Origin: Candidatus Eutrophobius brisbanensis
GTDB lineage: Bacteria > Pseudomonadota > Gammaproteobacteria > Eutrophobiales > Eutrophobiaceae
NCBI GenBank assembly: GCA_038131795.1
Contig: JAYPQE010000003.1
Span: 1,446,048 to 1,510,047 of the forward strand
Length of the DNA stretch: 64,000 bases
Direction of reading: 5' to 3'
Part shown: positions 15,539-25,943 of the stretch, piece by piece
Layout of the letters: each line of letters opens with the position of its first letter
How positions within the stretch are numbered: position 1 is the first letter of the stretch
Notes under the pieces: model-generated
What the model saw: the letters and a program-made list of their open reading frames with translations, nothing else
Told to the model about the DNA's origin: nothing
Database searches by the model: none
Made by a program: the position numbers and the translations under genes

Positions 15539-17137
15539 TTATTGAGGCTGAGCGGTGGCATCACCGTAATCGATGCTGATATCCCGACCAAAAAAGTTAG
15601 AATAGGCATCAGGAGTGTTCATTTCATCACGGGAAATTACTGTCGCGCCTAGCTTGACAAGTAATTCGGCTGTGTCTTCATGTACACCATATGCGCCCAC
15701 ATTATTGAAAGAGGGGGCAATACCCATAGACATACTCCACGCAGTCTCACCATTGGTATTTCTGGCATCCACCTCGGCACCGTGATCGACGAGATACTGA
15801 ACAACATTGGTGGTCCCGGTAAACGCGGCTTTGTGTAATGCAGTTTCACCATCTTCATTGACCTCGTTAACATCAACTCCCTGGGCCAGAATGGCCTTGA
15901 CAGCTTCCAGGGCCCGCGCCCTTTTTGCAGGGGAGGTATTGTCCTCCTGGTTCATACCGGTACAGGATGACCGGGCAGCCACCATTAATGGGGTATTGCC
16001 ATTTTTGGTGGTGATGGTCGCGTCTGCCTCGTATTTACTCAACATTTGTAGTAATTCTGCATCAGCGGAAACGGCGGCCAGGAAATAAGGTGTCGCACCC
16101 ACCATATTACTGACACTTTCACAGGAACTTCTAATGGCCGGTCCAATTAAATAACTCTTCTCAATCTGTGCATTGGGATCGGCACCGGCGTCCAACAGGG
16201 CCTTGACCAATTTAGGCTGGTTGCTTGGGCGAACCCGGTAGGAAGGATCATAGGTAATGCCATGCATGTACGACAGACCGTTCTGATGGGCATGATGCAG
16301 GGCCGTTACTCCATTCTCATCTTTGGATTCATGATCGGCACCGGACTTAAGAAGAAAAATTGCCAGATCTTCGTGACCGCTGGCAGTGGCGATTACCAGC
16401 GGGTTTCCGTATTCAGCTGTTGCTTCATTGATATTGGCACCGGCATCAAGTAACAAGCTTGCGGTTTCAATATCACCGGCACGGGCAGCATACATCATTG
16501 CAGTAAATCCACCGGGCGAGGGTTTCCATTCACATATACGACAGGTATTGGGAACTCGTTCCTCTGACGGTAAGGTTTTTGGAGAAATATCAGCACCGTG
16601 CTCCAATAACAACCGGGTGATTTCAGCGTAACCACCTGCAGCCGCCCACATTAGCGGTGTCTGCCCCATTTTGTTTTCAGCTACATTCGGATTGGCACCG
16701 GCTTTCAATAACGCCGCCACAGCATCGGTGGTCCCGGTACGAACACAATCCATAAGCAAGGTTTCACCTGACCATTTTTCGGCATTGGCATCGGCACCGG
16801 CATCCAGCAAAATCTTCACCACTTCACTGTTGCGGTTGGTGCAGGCCAGGGATGCAGGCGTTACACCATACACGTTCTCCGCATCCGGGTCTGCGCCTTT
16901 CTTTACCAGTGCTTTAATCGTATCGATATCATTCCGATGCACAGCGTAGTGTAATGCCGTTGTGCCATCTGCTTTCTTGCTATTGACATCAAGCTTTGAT
17001 TTCAGCATTGCCTGAATAATTTCCGAATCACCTTTCTTAACGGCATTGATAAATTCCATTCCGGAATCTGCAAGTACTGTTGTAGAAATGGCTGAAAACA
17101 GAAATACTGATAATGCATTTCGTAAAGACTGGTTCAT
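15539..17137 (-). CDS. Secreted ankyrin-repeat protein (third gene of module 1)
   Basis: Multiple 33-aa ANK repeats (e.g. DGTTALHYAVHRNDIDTIKALVKKGADPD). I placed the start at the ATG at 17137, which begins a signal peptide (MNQSLRNALSVFLFSAISTTVLA) and is preceded by the Shine-Dalgarno sequence GGGAGA. The ORF track extends to 17188. It is paralogous to 30033-31514 and 35450-36931. Confidence 0.8.
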   Translation of the reverse strand: MNQSLRNALSVFLFSAISTTVLADSGMEFINAVKKGDSEIIQAMLKSKLDVNSKKADGTTALHYAVHRNDIDTIKALVKKGADPDAENVYGVTPASLACTNRNSEVVKILLDAGADANAEKWSGETLLMDCVRTGTTDAVAALLKAGANPNVAENKMGQTPLMWAAAGGYAEITRLLLEHGADISPKTLPSEERVPNTCRICEWKPSPGGFTAMMYAARAGDIETASLLLDAGANINEATAEYGNPLVIATASGHEDLAIFLLKSGADHESKDENGVTALHHAHQNGLSYMHGITYDPSYRVRPSNQPKLVKALLDAGADPNAQIEKSYLIGPAIRSSCESVSNMVGATPYFLAAVSADAELLQMLSKYEADATITTKNGNTPLMVAARSSCTGMNQEDNTSPAKRARALEAVKAILAQGVDVNEVNEDGETALHKAAFTGTTNVVQYLVDHGAEVDARNTNGETAWSMSMGIAPSFNNVGAYGVHEDTAELLVKLGATVISRDEMNTPDAYSNFFGRDISIDYGDATAQPQ

Positions 17138-17168
17138 AAGGTCTCCCTGCTCTGTCTCTCGTAATTGT

Positions 17169-18506
17169 TTATGATACGGACAAGGCATTCAACGTGCCTG
17201 TACTGTCACCAAAGTTCTCGATTTCCAGACCGAGCTTATCTAACAAGGTCAGGTAAAGATTGCTGATTGGTGTGTCATCCGTATAGCGGATATGTTTACC
17301 ACCTTTCAATTGACCTGATCCGCCGCCAAAGAGAATACATGGCAGGTCTTGCAACAGATGATCATTACCATCACTCATTGAACATGCATACATGAGCATC
17401 ATATTATCCAGCAGGTTTCCTTCGATATCAGGGGTTGAGGCCAGTTTATCGAGGTAATGGACCATTAACTCTGAGTGATAAAGGTTAATCTTGTACAGTT
17501 TCTCCAGGCTGATCTCATTGCCCTGGTGGTGTGACAGAGAATGGTGAACGTCTGGCACGCCAATCTCAGGATAGGTGCGGTTACTCTGCTCCGGTCCCGT
17601 CATCAAGGTAATCACCCGGGTCATGTCCGTTTGATAGGCCATAACATTGAGATCAAACATCAATTTCAGGTGCTCGGCAAAATCTTCCGGGATTCCGGCC
17701 GGTGGTGATTCCAGTGACAGGCCCTGGCCCGTCTGTTGCTCGGCCAGTTCGATTCGATGTTCGATATCACGCATGCCGTCCATATATTCTGTCAGTCTCA
17801 GCTTGTCTTCTGGACTGACCTGTTTCATCAGGTCTTTCGCTGCCTCACTGACTGAATCCAGGATGCTCTGCTCTTTCTTGATCCGTTCCAGTCTCATGGC
17901 AGGATTGGTGCTGTCGCCAAAAAGGCGCTCGAAGACAGCACGTGGACGGTTTTCGATCGGCAGTGGCTGGGTGGGTGTCTTCCAGGAAAGGGTACTGATA
18001 AAGGCGCAGCTCCAGCCCTTCTCACATTGACCCACGGCATCGCTGCTGTGCAGGCCCAGTTCCAGTGACGCCAGCTGGGTCTTTTTACCCAGTTCCTGTG
18101 CAGCAATCTGGTCGATTGACGTTCCTACCACGCCCTCCCGTTTGGGATGAACACCCGTGAGGAATACCGCACCGGCACGTTCGTGGGGTGCCGATTCACC
18201 TTCACCAGGTTTGGCATAGCCCTCCATATTGGCCATACCACTTAGGACGGTCATTCTGTCCTTGTACGCCGCCAATGGCTGCATGATGGGTGTCAGTTCA
18301 TAGTTCGTACCTGTTTCCGTGGGTGTCCATTTAGTCATGTTCATGCCATTCGGTGCATAAACAATGGACAGCCTTCTTGGTATCTCTGCCCGATCTTTGA
18401 CAGATGCCAATGCAGGAAACATGGCATCCAGGACCGGCAAGGCGATGCTTGCACCCGCGCCTTTTAAAAATGTCCTTCTGGGGATAGATTTCTTAAATAT
18501 CAACAC
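17169..18506 (-). CDS. DUF1552 (HXXSHH) family protein with a Tat signal (second gene of module 1)
   Basis: Tat motif SIPRRTFLKGAGASIALPVLDA and the HXXSHH motif (DVHHSLSHH). GTG start, preceded by GAGGAGGG. It overlaps the upstream gene by 14 nt. Confidence 0.8.
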   Translation of the reverse strand: MLIFKKSIPRRTFLKGAGASIALPVLDAMFPALASVKDRAEIPRRLSIVYAPNGMNMTKWTPTETGTNYELTPIMQPLAAYKDRMTVLSGMANMEGYAKPGEGESAPHERAGAVFLTGVHPKREGVVGTSIDQIAAQELGKKTQLASLELGLHSSDAVGQCEKGWSCAFISTLSWKTPTQPLPIENRPRAVFERLFGDSTNPAMRLERIKKEQSILDSVSEAAKDLMKQVSPEDKLRLTEYMDGMRDIEHRIELAEQQTGQGLSLESPPAGIPEDFAEHLKLMFDLNVMAYQTDMTRVITLMTGPEQSNRTYPEIGVPDVHHSLSHHQGNEISLEKLYKINLYHSELMVHYLDKLASTPDIEGNLLDNMMLMYACSMSDGNDHLLQDLPCILFGGGSGQLKGGKHIRYTDDTPISNLYLTLLDKLGLEIENFGDSTGTLNALSVS

Positions 18507-20901
18507 GGTCCGGGACCCTCCTCGTTTGATAAGATGAACTGTTTACAATGGCAACAACCAGAGACGGCAGGCTGTGTTGCTCGGCCTTTGTCTCCTCAAT
18601 AATTGATCTGATTATAGGTGCATCGGTATGGCGAATTTCCCTGCCCAATGCATAGGTGAGCATTTTTTCAACCAGGGTAAAGGTAAAGTCATACTGCCTT
18701 TTTTCACTGAGCACCTGTTTGAGCTCTGATGGTCCTTCAAATGCTGTTCCATCTGGCAGGGCGCCTGTGGAATTAATAGGTGCAGCTGATTCACCATCAA
18801 CTGTTCGCCATTTACCAATGGCGTCAAAGTTTTCCAGGGCAAACCCCAGTGGATCCATGATCTTGTGGCAACTGGCACAAACTGGGTTTGCGCGGTGCAT
18901 TTCCATACGTTCGCGCATGGTCAATATCACACCTGCTTCGTTTTTGTCCTGTAGTCCTGGGACATCATTTGGCGGTGGCGGTGGCGGTACACCCAGTATG
19001 TTCTCCAGAATCCACTTGCCGCGTATAGTCGGTGCGGTGCGGTTGGCATAGGACGTCACCGTCAGGATGCTTCCCTGGCCCAGTAATCCACCACGGCCTT
19101 CACCATCCAATGCTACTTTACGAAAATGGTTTCCAAAGATACCGTCGATTCCATAGTGACCCGCAAGCCTTTCATTTAGAAAGGTGTAGTCAGCCGTCAA
19201 CATTTCCATTAACGGGCGTTCTTCACGCATGATATGGTCGATAAACAACTCAGTCTCTGTACGAAAAGCCTCTCTCAAGTTATCGTCAAAATACGGGAAG
19301 ATATCGATGTCCGGTGCAGCCACATTCAATTTCCCAAGTGTCAGCCATTGGGAGGCGAAGTTTTTCACCAGGGCAATCGAGCGCGGGTCATCAAGCATAC
19401 GCCTGACCTGCTTTTCCAGAACTTTCGGGTCGTTTAACTCACCTGACTCGGCCGCGGCCAGGAGTTCCTCATCAGGAATACTGCTCCAGATAAACAATGA
19501 CAGGCGGCTTGCCAATTCGAGATCGGGTAAATCATAAATCTCACCTTTAGCCACGTTCACAGGGACTTTTTCGGTAATAAATAAAAACTCAGGTCCTGCC
19601 AGCATTCTTTCGATGGCAACACCGATGCCCTGTTCAAATCCACCATTGGCAACTCCCTGGTCAAAAAATCCCATCAAGACGTCAACTTCTTTTACGGTGG
19701 GTGACCGACGGTAGGCCTTGCGTGCCAGGGACGAAAGGATGGCCCTGGCACAATCTGTGTCCTGGTTATTTTGCGGACTGCAGATAAGAATTTTTTCCCT
19801 GCTCGCTGTCTCCCCCGGACCGCGAACCTCATAGGGACCGCCTATGGCAATGGTCCGAACACCAGGATTCCCTCCCTTAAACTGGGTGTAGTCGTACATG
19901 GTATGGTCAGGAATTAGTGGCCCTTCCGGTAAAAATATATCTTGCAAGAAAGAAGCAGTAATCAACTGTTCACCGGCCTTTGCAGTAAACCGCACTTCAA
20001 GGTCCTGATCGGAATAGCGTTCATAGGCCTCCTGCCTGATATCCCCCTGTGCCGAGGTGGAATACAACTGGGATGATTTACCGAATTTCTGTCCGCCTAC
20101 GGTATACAGCTTCAAGCGTTCATCATTCATCCGAATATCAAGCTGGTGCGGCCGGTTGGTCATCCCGCGAATATAGTCGCGGTAGTTTCGCTGCAGCCTG
20201 ACCTGGATCACATACTCACCATCCATGGGAAAATGATGCCGAACTGCCATGCCTCCACGGGAACCAAACGGCATGTCTTCATTCATGCGCTCGTCCTGCT
20301 TTAAGGCCTGGGGTAATGTGTAATATTCAAATGCAGGTGTGATATCAGGATCACCCAGGGCCTGGTTACGGACCTTACGTGCAGCGGCAATATAGCGCTC
20401 AATCAATAACGGTGACAGGGTCAATACACCGCCGATGTTATCAAAATTGAACATGATGGCATCAGGTGGCAATAAGGTGTCACCATTGATGTCTACCGCA
20501 AACAGATCCCGGATGGCATTGACATACTCTGTCCTGTTCAGGCGCCGCATGGACGGCCTGCCAGGCTCAGGATTTTGTCTGGCGTGTCGGTTCAGGCCAT
20601 TTTCAAGGAAGCTGACAAAAGATTCATAGGTGGCTTCATCTGGTCTTGGCATGCCCGATGGCGGCATGGCCTTGGCACGCAATTTACGTAACACCTTCTC
20701 CCAGCTTTCACCATCAGCACCCAGATTGCTGGTATCAACTTGCTGTAGACTAAATGCCGCTGTCTTTAATGTATCGTTATGGCAACCAACACAATATTGG
20801 TTGACCGTATCTTGATAAAACCCGGCATCCTGTTGTGCCAGGACTGAGTTTGAAATAAGTAGCAGCGCGCTGCCCAAGAATGCGATAAGACCTTTTACCA
20901 T
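18493..20901 (-). CDS. Secreted DUF1587/DUF1592/DUF1595/DUF1588/DUF1585-type protein with two CxxCH motifs (first gene of module 1)
   Basis: Signal peptide, N-terminal CVGCHND and C-proximal CASCHKIMDPLGFALENFD motifs, and a G/P-rich linker (PPPPPP). It is 802 aa long. The family is planctomycete-type and typically pairs with DUF1552. Confidence 0.8.
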   Translation of the reverse strand: MVKGLIAFLGSALLLISNSVLAQQDAGFYQDTVNQYCVGCHNDTLKTAAFSLQQVDTSNLGADGESWEKVLRKLRAKAMPPSGMPRPDEATYESFVSFLENGLNRHARQNPEPGRPSMRRLNRTEYVNAIRDLFAVDINGDTLLPPDAIMFNFDNIGGVLTLSPLLIERYIAAARKVRNQALGDPDITPAFEYYTLPQALKQDERMNEDMPFGSRGGMAVRHHFPMDGEYVIQVRLQRNYRDYIRGMTNRPHQLDIRMNDERLKLYTVGGQKFGKSSQLYSTSAQGDIRQEAYERYSDQDLEVRFTAKAGEQLITASFLQDIFLPEGPLIPDHTMYDYTQFKGGNPGVRTIAIGGPYEVRGPGETASREKILICSPQNNQDTDCARAILSSLARKAYRRSPTVKEVDVLMGFFDQGVANGGFEQGIGVAIERMLAGPEFLFITEKVPVNVAKGEIYDLPDLELASRLSLFIWSSIPDEELLAAAESGELNDPKVLEKQVRRMLDDPRSIALVKNFASQWLTLGKLNVAAPDIDIFPYFDDNLREAFRTETELFIDHIMREERPLMEMLTADYTFLNERLAGHYGIDGIFGNHFRKVALDGEGRGGLLGQGSILTVTSYANRTAPTIRGKWILENILGVPPPPPPNDVPGLQDKNEAGVILTMRERMEMHRANPVCASCHKIMDPLGFALENFDAIGKWRTVDGESAAPINSTGALPDGTAFEGPSELKQVLSEKRQYDFTFTLVEKMLTYALGREIRHTDAPIIRSIIEETKAEQHSLPSLVVAIVNSSSYQTRRVPDRVDI

Positions 20902-21100
20902 TACCTTAAGCCCCCGGTTGGTATTAATTACATTGGAATCGTTAGAATTATAGCGGATTAACCGTTATACATTAAATAAGATTAGCCGGGATGAGAATGA
21001 TTCTCTATAACTCACTAGTTTATATTTTTACATATATTTCAGTATGTTATATATAATTCATGTTGAATGTGAAGCAATTATGACCATCCCTTTAAATTGC

Positions 21101-22861
21101 TTAATCCGGTCTAACCATCAGATTGATGGGATTGGATATACCGCCCTCCGGTGGCGGGTTATAGGCATGGATTTCAATTCCCCGGAATCCCACAATATTA
21201 AACTCCTGAAAGGGACCCGGTGACCGGTAGGGATCCGGTGTCGCCTTCGCAAATAGACCGGTAGGTAGGTCAAACTCTACCCGTCTTGGACTTATAAATT
21301 CCGTCTTAACTGAGATCCCATTCACCCTCACCAGGGTTGTCATCTGAAAGCCGCTACCCTCCAGGGCAATACGCCGATCTTCTCCTCCCGCCACCACATA
21401 GGAAGGGAGTACAGAACTGATGACAGGGGCAAAGGTGGAACCGGCGATTGACCGTGGGGGCTTTGTGAATGTGTAATATTCTGGATGGTAACCCAGCTCA
21501 ACCCATTCACCATTTTTCATCACACTCGATACTGATCTGGAATGATAGATATCCACCAGGGGATTTTTGTCCAAAACCACCAGATCGGCAAACTTCCCTG
21601 GCTCAATAGAACCTACATTTGCTGCCCCCCGTTTCCCGTCAATGCCTTCCAGTTGCTCCGCAGACCAGCGGGTAGCAGATTTGATGGCCTGCATGGGAGT
21701 TAATCCTGTCTCCACCAGCATACGCATTTCCTGGTGCAGCCCCAGACCCGGGACACCGGCAGTAATGGCATCAGTCCCGGCCTGGACTTTACCGCCTGCT
21801 GCCATCCAGCGGCCCATAAATTCCTTGATATTTTCAAAACCTTTCTCAAATTCAAGCCGGTCTGCTTGAGGTAATTTATTTACCATGGGCAGGTTTCCGT
21901 AACGTTTTGAAAAATTCTTGATTTGCCGGTGCTTGGCAAACAGACTGAATTTAATATTATCTGGAAAATAAACAAGATCTGGGTCACGCAGGGTCAGATA
22001 GTCATCTATTTCGCGTTGCGTGGCATCACGACTCATCCCGCCCCATTCGTAGACCAGGGTAGGATTTAAATACTTATCCTGCGCTACGGCATCCTCAATG
22101 ATCTTATCGATATCATCCCAGCGTTCTGACATGAATGTGGCCCAGGTTAGATGCTCCCCACCCTGAAAGGCAGCGAGTTCTTGATCGGGCATGACTGCCT
22201 GGGTAAACCCCCAGATATGCTCAATAATATCGTGACCATCCCGGGTGCTATTGGGGACGTTTTCAGCATGACCAAAGACCATAAAACCATGCCGCTGAAC
22301 TTCGCGGGCAGCCAGGGCATAAGCCTCACTGATCTGCTCATTGTGGGTGGGAAAATGGGCGATGTCCGGTTCGTTCTCAAGCCACTGGTCTATGATCTGG
22401 CGCATCTCCCGTTGCGTGGTATCAGCATTAAAGGGTGGACGATTGCCACTATGAAACAGTCTTGGCAGACCATGTGAACTTTGACTTTCAGTACGCATGG
22501 ATTTTTCAAGATTTGTCAGGGCAATGACAGAGGTTACACCATGATTAACATATAGCTCACCCATCCAGTCCAACCAATGGACGTGAGAGTCTATCAGGCC
22601 AGGGATAATATATTTTCCTTCCAGGTCAATCCGTTCCAGATTACCTTCTGCGGATTCACCCGGGGGCAGGATTTCCTTTATCAGGTTATCTTCAATCAGG
22701 ATCGAATAACCTCTTAATGGTGAGTCTGATACGCCATCTATAATGGTCGCCCCTTCAAGGAGTAACCTTGACGTGTTCTCCTGTGCCGATACTGGTGTGA
22801 CGAATAAAATAAAGATAAGTAATGTATGTATTAACTGAAAAGGACTGCCAAACTTTTTCAT
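21101..22861 (-). CDS. Secreted amidohydrolase-family metallo-hydrolase with a C-terminal Ig-like domain
   Basis: Signal peptide, an IDSHVHW metal-binding motif, and a C-terminal beta-rich domain (IPT/TIG-like). Confidence 0.7.
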   Translation of the reverse strand: MKKFGSPFQLIHTLLIFILFVTPVSAQENTSRLLLEGATIIDGVSDSPLRGYSILIEDNLIKEILPPGESAEGNLERIDLEGKYIIPGLIDSHVHWLDWMGELYVNHGVTSVIALTNLEKSMRTESQSSHGLPRLFHSGNRPPFNADTTQREMRQIIDQWLENEPDIAHFPTHNEQISEAYALAAREVQRHGFMVFGHAENVPNSTRDGHDIIEHIWGFTQAVMPDQELAAFQGGEHLTWATFMSERWDDIDKIIEDAVAQDKYLNPTLVYEWGGMSRDATQREIDDYLTLRDPDLVYFPDNIKFSLFAKHRQIKNFSKRYGNLPMVNKLPQADRLEFEKGFENIKEFMGRWMAAGGKVQAGTDAITAGVPGLGLHQEMRMLVETGLTPMQAIKSATRWSAEQLEGIDGKRGAANVGSIEPGKFADLVVLDKNPLVDIYHSRSVSSVMKNGEWVELGYHPEYYTFTKPPRSIAGSTFAPVISSVLPSYVVAGGEDRRIALEGSGFQMTTLVRVNGISVKTEFISPRRVEFDLPTGLFAKATPDPYRSPGPFQEFNIVGFRGIEIHAYNPPPEGGISNPINLMVRPD

Positions 22862-22974
22862 TATGCTCCCCCGCGTAAATTCAAACTACTGTACCTGGAC
22901 CATTTCTGGTTAAATACTCATATAATTGTAAAATTATAAATATTTACGGGCACAATTAGAACTCAATCATTGCC

Positions 22975-24261
22975 ATGGACCCAAAATTAATCACACCATT
23001 AAACCGTAAATCCAGGGTGGTGATCATTGGCTCTGGATTTGTCGGACTGGCAGCGACTAAACAACTGGCTTCAACAAATGTAGACATCACTCTGATTGAC
23101 AAGAATAATCATCATGTCTTTCAACCATTGCTTTACCAGGTTGCTACCGCTGCACTGTCCCCTGCATAGATTGCCCAACCCATCAGGACGATCGTAAAAA
23201 ATCAGAAAAATTGTACCGTAGAGCTTGCCGAGGTGATAGATATAGATACACACCAGAAACAGGTAATCTGTAAAGACTTTTCAGTTCACTATGACTACCT
23301 GGTAATCGCGACCGGGGCCACCCATACCTACTTTAACCATGATGAATGGTCGAGGTTTGCACCGGGGATTAAATCCATAGATGACGCTCTGCATGTTAGA
23401 AAAAAAATCCTGTGTGCATTTGAATGGGCTGAAATTAGCATCGATCCTGAGGTCCGAAAGAAATATATGACATTCGTCCTTATTGGTGGCGGCCCCACTG
23501 GGGTTGAAATGGCCGGTGCCATTGCAGAGCTTGCAAGGCATACCCTGGTTGAAGAATTTCGCAATATTAATACAGCAGATGCCAGAGTTATATTAATCGA
23601 GGGAGATAAAAGGATATTACCAGCATTCCCGAAACCATTATCAGTCCGGTCTCAGCAGGACCTGGAAGAACTGGGCGTAGAAGTCATTACCGGGGAGGTA
23701 GTAACCGATTGCAATAATAACGGCGTCATTATCAATGATGAATTCGTTGCCTGTCACACCATCATCTGGTGCGCCGGCGTCAAGGCATCACCCGCGGCGG
23801 ACTGGTTAAACGTTAAGCCTGATTACGCAGGGCGTGTGATTGTCAATCCGGACCTGTCTATCCCGGATCACCCTGATGTATTCGTGGTGGGTGATACCGC
23901 CCATGTGATAGATGATACCGGCAGGCAGGTACCGGGATTATGCCCCGCCGCCGTACAGCAGGGACAATATGTGGCACGGGTCATAACTCAAAAACTAAAC
24001 AATCAAACGCAACCCAGACCATTTCGCTATCAAGACAAGGGAATCATGGCAACGATTGGTCGCGGCAAGGCCGTAGCCCATTTAAAAATCATGAATGTCA
24101 TCGGTTTCATTGCCTGGTGCATGTGGGGGGCAATCCACCTGGTGCCGCTGGTGGGATTTCGTAACCGGTTAGTTGTGGCTTTGGACTGGTTGTGGTCATA
24201 TCTAACCAGTGACCGGGGGGTAAGATTAATTACCACAACCACTGATCAAGATATAGAATAA
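22975..24261 (+). pseudogene. ndh: Type II NADH:quinone oxidoreductase (NDH-2), interrupted by a single in-frame TAG
   Basis: 22975-23166 encodes VVIIGSGFVGLAA...HHVFQPLLYQVATAALSPA, then TAG at 23167-23169. The same frame continues IAQPIRTIVKNQKNCTVELAEV...GGGPTGVEMAGA... through to 24261. Canonical Ndh reads LSPxDIAQPIRS across this point. Confidence 0.7.
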
Positions 24262-24263
24262 TT

Positions 24264-25205
24264 TCAGGTAATCAGGTTGATGGGTTTGTTGTCCAGCCAG
24301 GCAAGCAGGTTATCGTAAGTTTGTTGATAAAACACTTTGAAGGTATCCACACTGCAATAGCCCTTATGTGGCGACAGGATGACGTTAGGTAAGGTACGCA
24401 GTTCATCATCTTCACCAAGTGGTTCTGTCTCAAATACATCCAGCGCAGCGCATATCCTGCCGGTCTGCAGTTCACTTAATAATGCCGACATGTCAATAAT
24501 GGGGGCCCGCGAGGTATTGATGATCCAGCTGCCTTCCTTCATCATGGCGAGGTCCTCAGCTTTAACCAGGTGGTGGGTATGGTCTGACAACCGCAAATGG
24601 ATAGTCATGAAGTCGCTCCGGGACATCAGTTCCTGCTTACTAACATACTCAACGCCACACTCCTCCGTTCGTTCCCTGGTAAGGTTCGTGCTCCAGGCAA
24701 TAACATTCATCTCCATTGCCTGCGCATACTTGGCCACCAGTCCACCGATCCTGCCAAGGCCCATCACACCCAATGTGCGGCCTTTCAAATTCCCCCCCAG
24801 GGCCGACTGCCAACCACCGCCTCGCATATGATTATGCTCGGTGATTACACCTTTCGCTGCTGCCAGTATCAATGCGAATGTCAGTTCGGCAGTACCGTAA
24901 CCAGGCGAATCGGTACCACATACGGTTATGCCTGCTGATTTGCAGGCGTCCATGTCAATGACATCGTTGCGCCTGCCGGTGGTAACGATTAATTTTAGAT
25001 TAGGTAATTGCTCAATGACCTGTGCCGGGAAGGCTGTCCTCTCCCGCATCACCAAGAGGACATCAAACCCACGCAGTGTTTTAACTAAATCGTCCCCGGC
25101 AATACCTTCAGAAAACACACTGAGTTGATGTGCCGGTCCCAGGTCTTGAAATGGCGCATACTTCAGCGCCACCTCAAGATAATCATCCAGAATTGCAATT
25201 TTCAT
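24264..25205 (-). CDS. D-isomer-specific 2-hydroxyacid dehydrogenase (NAD-binding)
   Basis: GVMGLGRIGGLVA Rossmann motif and the catalytic-domain blocks of the 2-Hacid_dh family. Confidence 0.85.
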   Translation of the reverse strand: MKIAILDDYLEVALKYAPFQDLGPAHQLSVFSEGIAGDDLVKTLRGFDVLLVMRERTAFPAQVIEQLPNLKLIVTTGRRNDVIDMDACKSAGITVCGTDSPGYGTAELTFALILAAAKGVITEHNHMRGGGWQSALGGNLKGRTLGVMGLGRIGGLVAKYAQAMEMNVIAWSTNLTRERTEECGVEYVSKQELMSRSDFMTIHLRLSDHTHHLVKAEDLAMMKEGSWIINTSRAPIIDMSALLSELQTGRICAALDVFETEPLGEDDELRTLPNVILSPHKGYCSVDTFKVFYQQTYDNLLAWLDNKPINLIT

Positions 25206-25226
25206 CTTTCTTCCCTGATCTGTAAA

Positions 25227-25910
25227 TTATTGTAAAGTTGATGGCCTGTCGTACGGCAGATGGACATCGAACATAAACAACAGAAAAAAACTGTTCATAC
25301 CCCCACCCATTAATTCGGTGATTTGAATCAGGTCTTTACGACCAAAATGTTCAGTCAGTTCTGCATAGGTCTCGGAGCTAACCTCATGATCCTGGAACAC
25401 CTCTCTAACCATCTGAATAACGGCTGCCTCATCCTCCGGCACACCCGACAATGATCGCTTGTACTTAATGACATCGATGGTTTGCTGACTCAGACCTTCT
25501 TTCAGCGCCACCGGCTCATGCATGGTCCATTCAAAATCCTGATCCATCTCCCGAGAAATAGCCAGTCTCACCAGTTCGCGAATCCGGGGCGTCACTTTGG
25601 ATGGGCTTTTATCTGTACTGGCATGCAATCTGATGCCTCCCGGACCCTGTATACCGGCAAGTGAGGTTGAATCTGGTGACATATAACGGTCATACCGTGT
25701 CTTGCCATCATCATCCAGATCAGCGCGATTGACAATGGATAGCCGCCCCCTTGATTCCGGGTGGACATCATCCGGCAGTGATGCGTTAAATTCGGCCTCG
25801 GTTATGGGCCTGTCTGTCGTTATATCTTCATAGTAGGTCTTAACCGTAGAACACCCATAAAGCCCTGCAGATATTAAAAAAACTAAAATCCTGTAATGTT
25901 TGTTATTCAT
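25227..25910 (-). CDS. Lipoprotein/secreted protein, one of a tandem paralog pair (fold possibly CMD/AhpD-like)
   Basis: Lipobox-like LYGCST. It is about 45% identical to the neighbour at 25944-26639 (shared EFNASLPDDV, ELVRL..SREM, FEWT.HEPVALK blocks). Confidence 0.45.
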   Translation of the reverse strand: MNNKHYRILVFLISAGLYGCSTVKTYYEDITTDRPITEAEFNASLPDDVHPESRGRLSIVNRADLDDDGKTRYDRYMSPDSTSLAGIQGPGGIRLHASTDKSPSKVTPRIRELVRLAISREMDQDFEWTMHEPVALKEGLSQQTIDVIKYKRSLSGVPEDEAAVIQMVREVFQDHEVSSETYAELTEHFGRKDLIQITELMGGGMNSFFLLFMFDVHLPYDRPSTLQ

Positions 25911-25943
25911 TATGATTCCCCCTGATAAATTAATATAATCAAA

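Noticed and set aside
23167-23169. TAG reassigned as a sense codon (to explain the in-frame TAG in ndh and in the AlgJ-like remnant)
   Set aside because: TAG is the terminal stop of several well-defined genes in the window (ZraP-like, MFS, ABC ATPase), each followed by a terminator or an immediately adjacent start. Ordinary nonsense mutation or sequence error is far more likely.
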